DNA of 64,000 nt from Penicillus capitatus (Eukaryota > Plantae > Chlorophyta): the NCBI GenBank assembly GCA_965649825.1, contig OZ287699.1, forward strand, positions 1,022,477 to 1,086,476, read 5' to 3'. Positions 63,841-64,000 of the stretch are shown piece after piece. The notes below the pieces were generated by a model that was not told the DNA's origin, did no database searches, and saw only the letters and a list, made by a program, of their open reading frames with translations. The position numbers and the translations under genes are program-made. Numbering within the stretch: the stretch's first letter is position 1; each line of letters starts with the position of its first letter.

Positions 63841-64000
63841 AACGCGTTCAGCCGGATGCTAACACACGAAAGAACGATACACAGCAGAGACGAATAAAAC
63901 AGCAGAAGGTACGCGTGCGGGCCAGCTAGTTCCAATCAATGTCGTCGTCATGTGTCCCATCTGTGACATCTATCTCTCGCGACGTGGGCGCATCGGGCCG

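Overview
Gene-dense nuclear DNA from a eukaryote, most likely a compact, intron-rich chlorophyte green alga. The basis is plastid-targeted starch phosphorylase, CSP41b and RNase J, a CDPK, HGD-type TKL kinase, GT-AG introns mostly about 45-70 bp long, and standard stop codons. About 22 protein-coding loci can be reconstructed by joining ORF fragments across introns: two paralogous acidic/Pmp-like beta-helix membrane proteins, NOP9, ISCU, a coiled-coil protein, a divergent SMC4/SMC1-like ATPase, CSP41b, DRE2, an intronless glycosyltransferase, CDPK, alpha-glucan phosphorylase, ARMC6, class I HDAC, an At4g24610-like helical protein, EFR3, nuclear mitochondrial-type RPS14, a polytopic membrane protein, mitochondrial KAS, RNase J, a receptor-like TKL kinase, a triple-KH protein and CDC50. 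The most unusual signals are: (1) a CDC50 locus with two diverged 5' modules ending at the same codon and phase but only one set of 3' exons; (2) an indel-free, GC-rich, near-identical 1.37 kb tract shared by the two surface-protein paralogs; (3) two copies of a ~240 bp tRNA-headed element with compensatory stem changes; (4) very short spacers between co-directional genes, which may be polycistronic; (5) motif substitutions in SMC and DRE2 and an AT-hook-like motif on RNase J. All exon boundaries and family assignments were made by eye, without database searches or RNA data.
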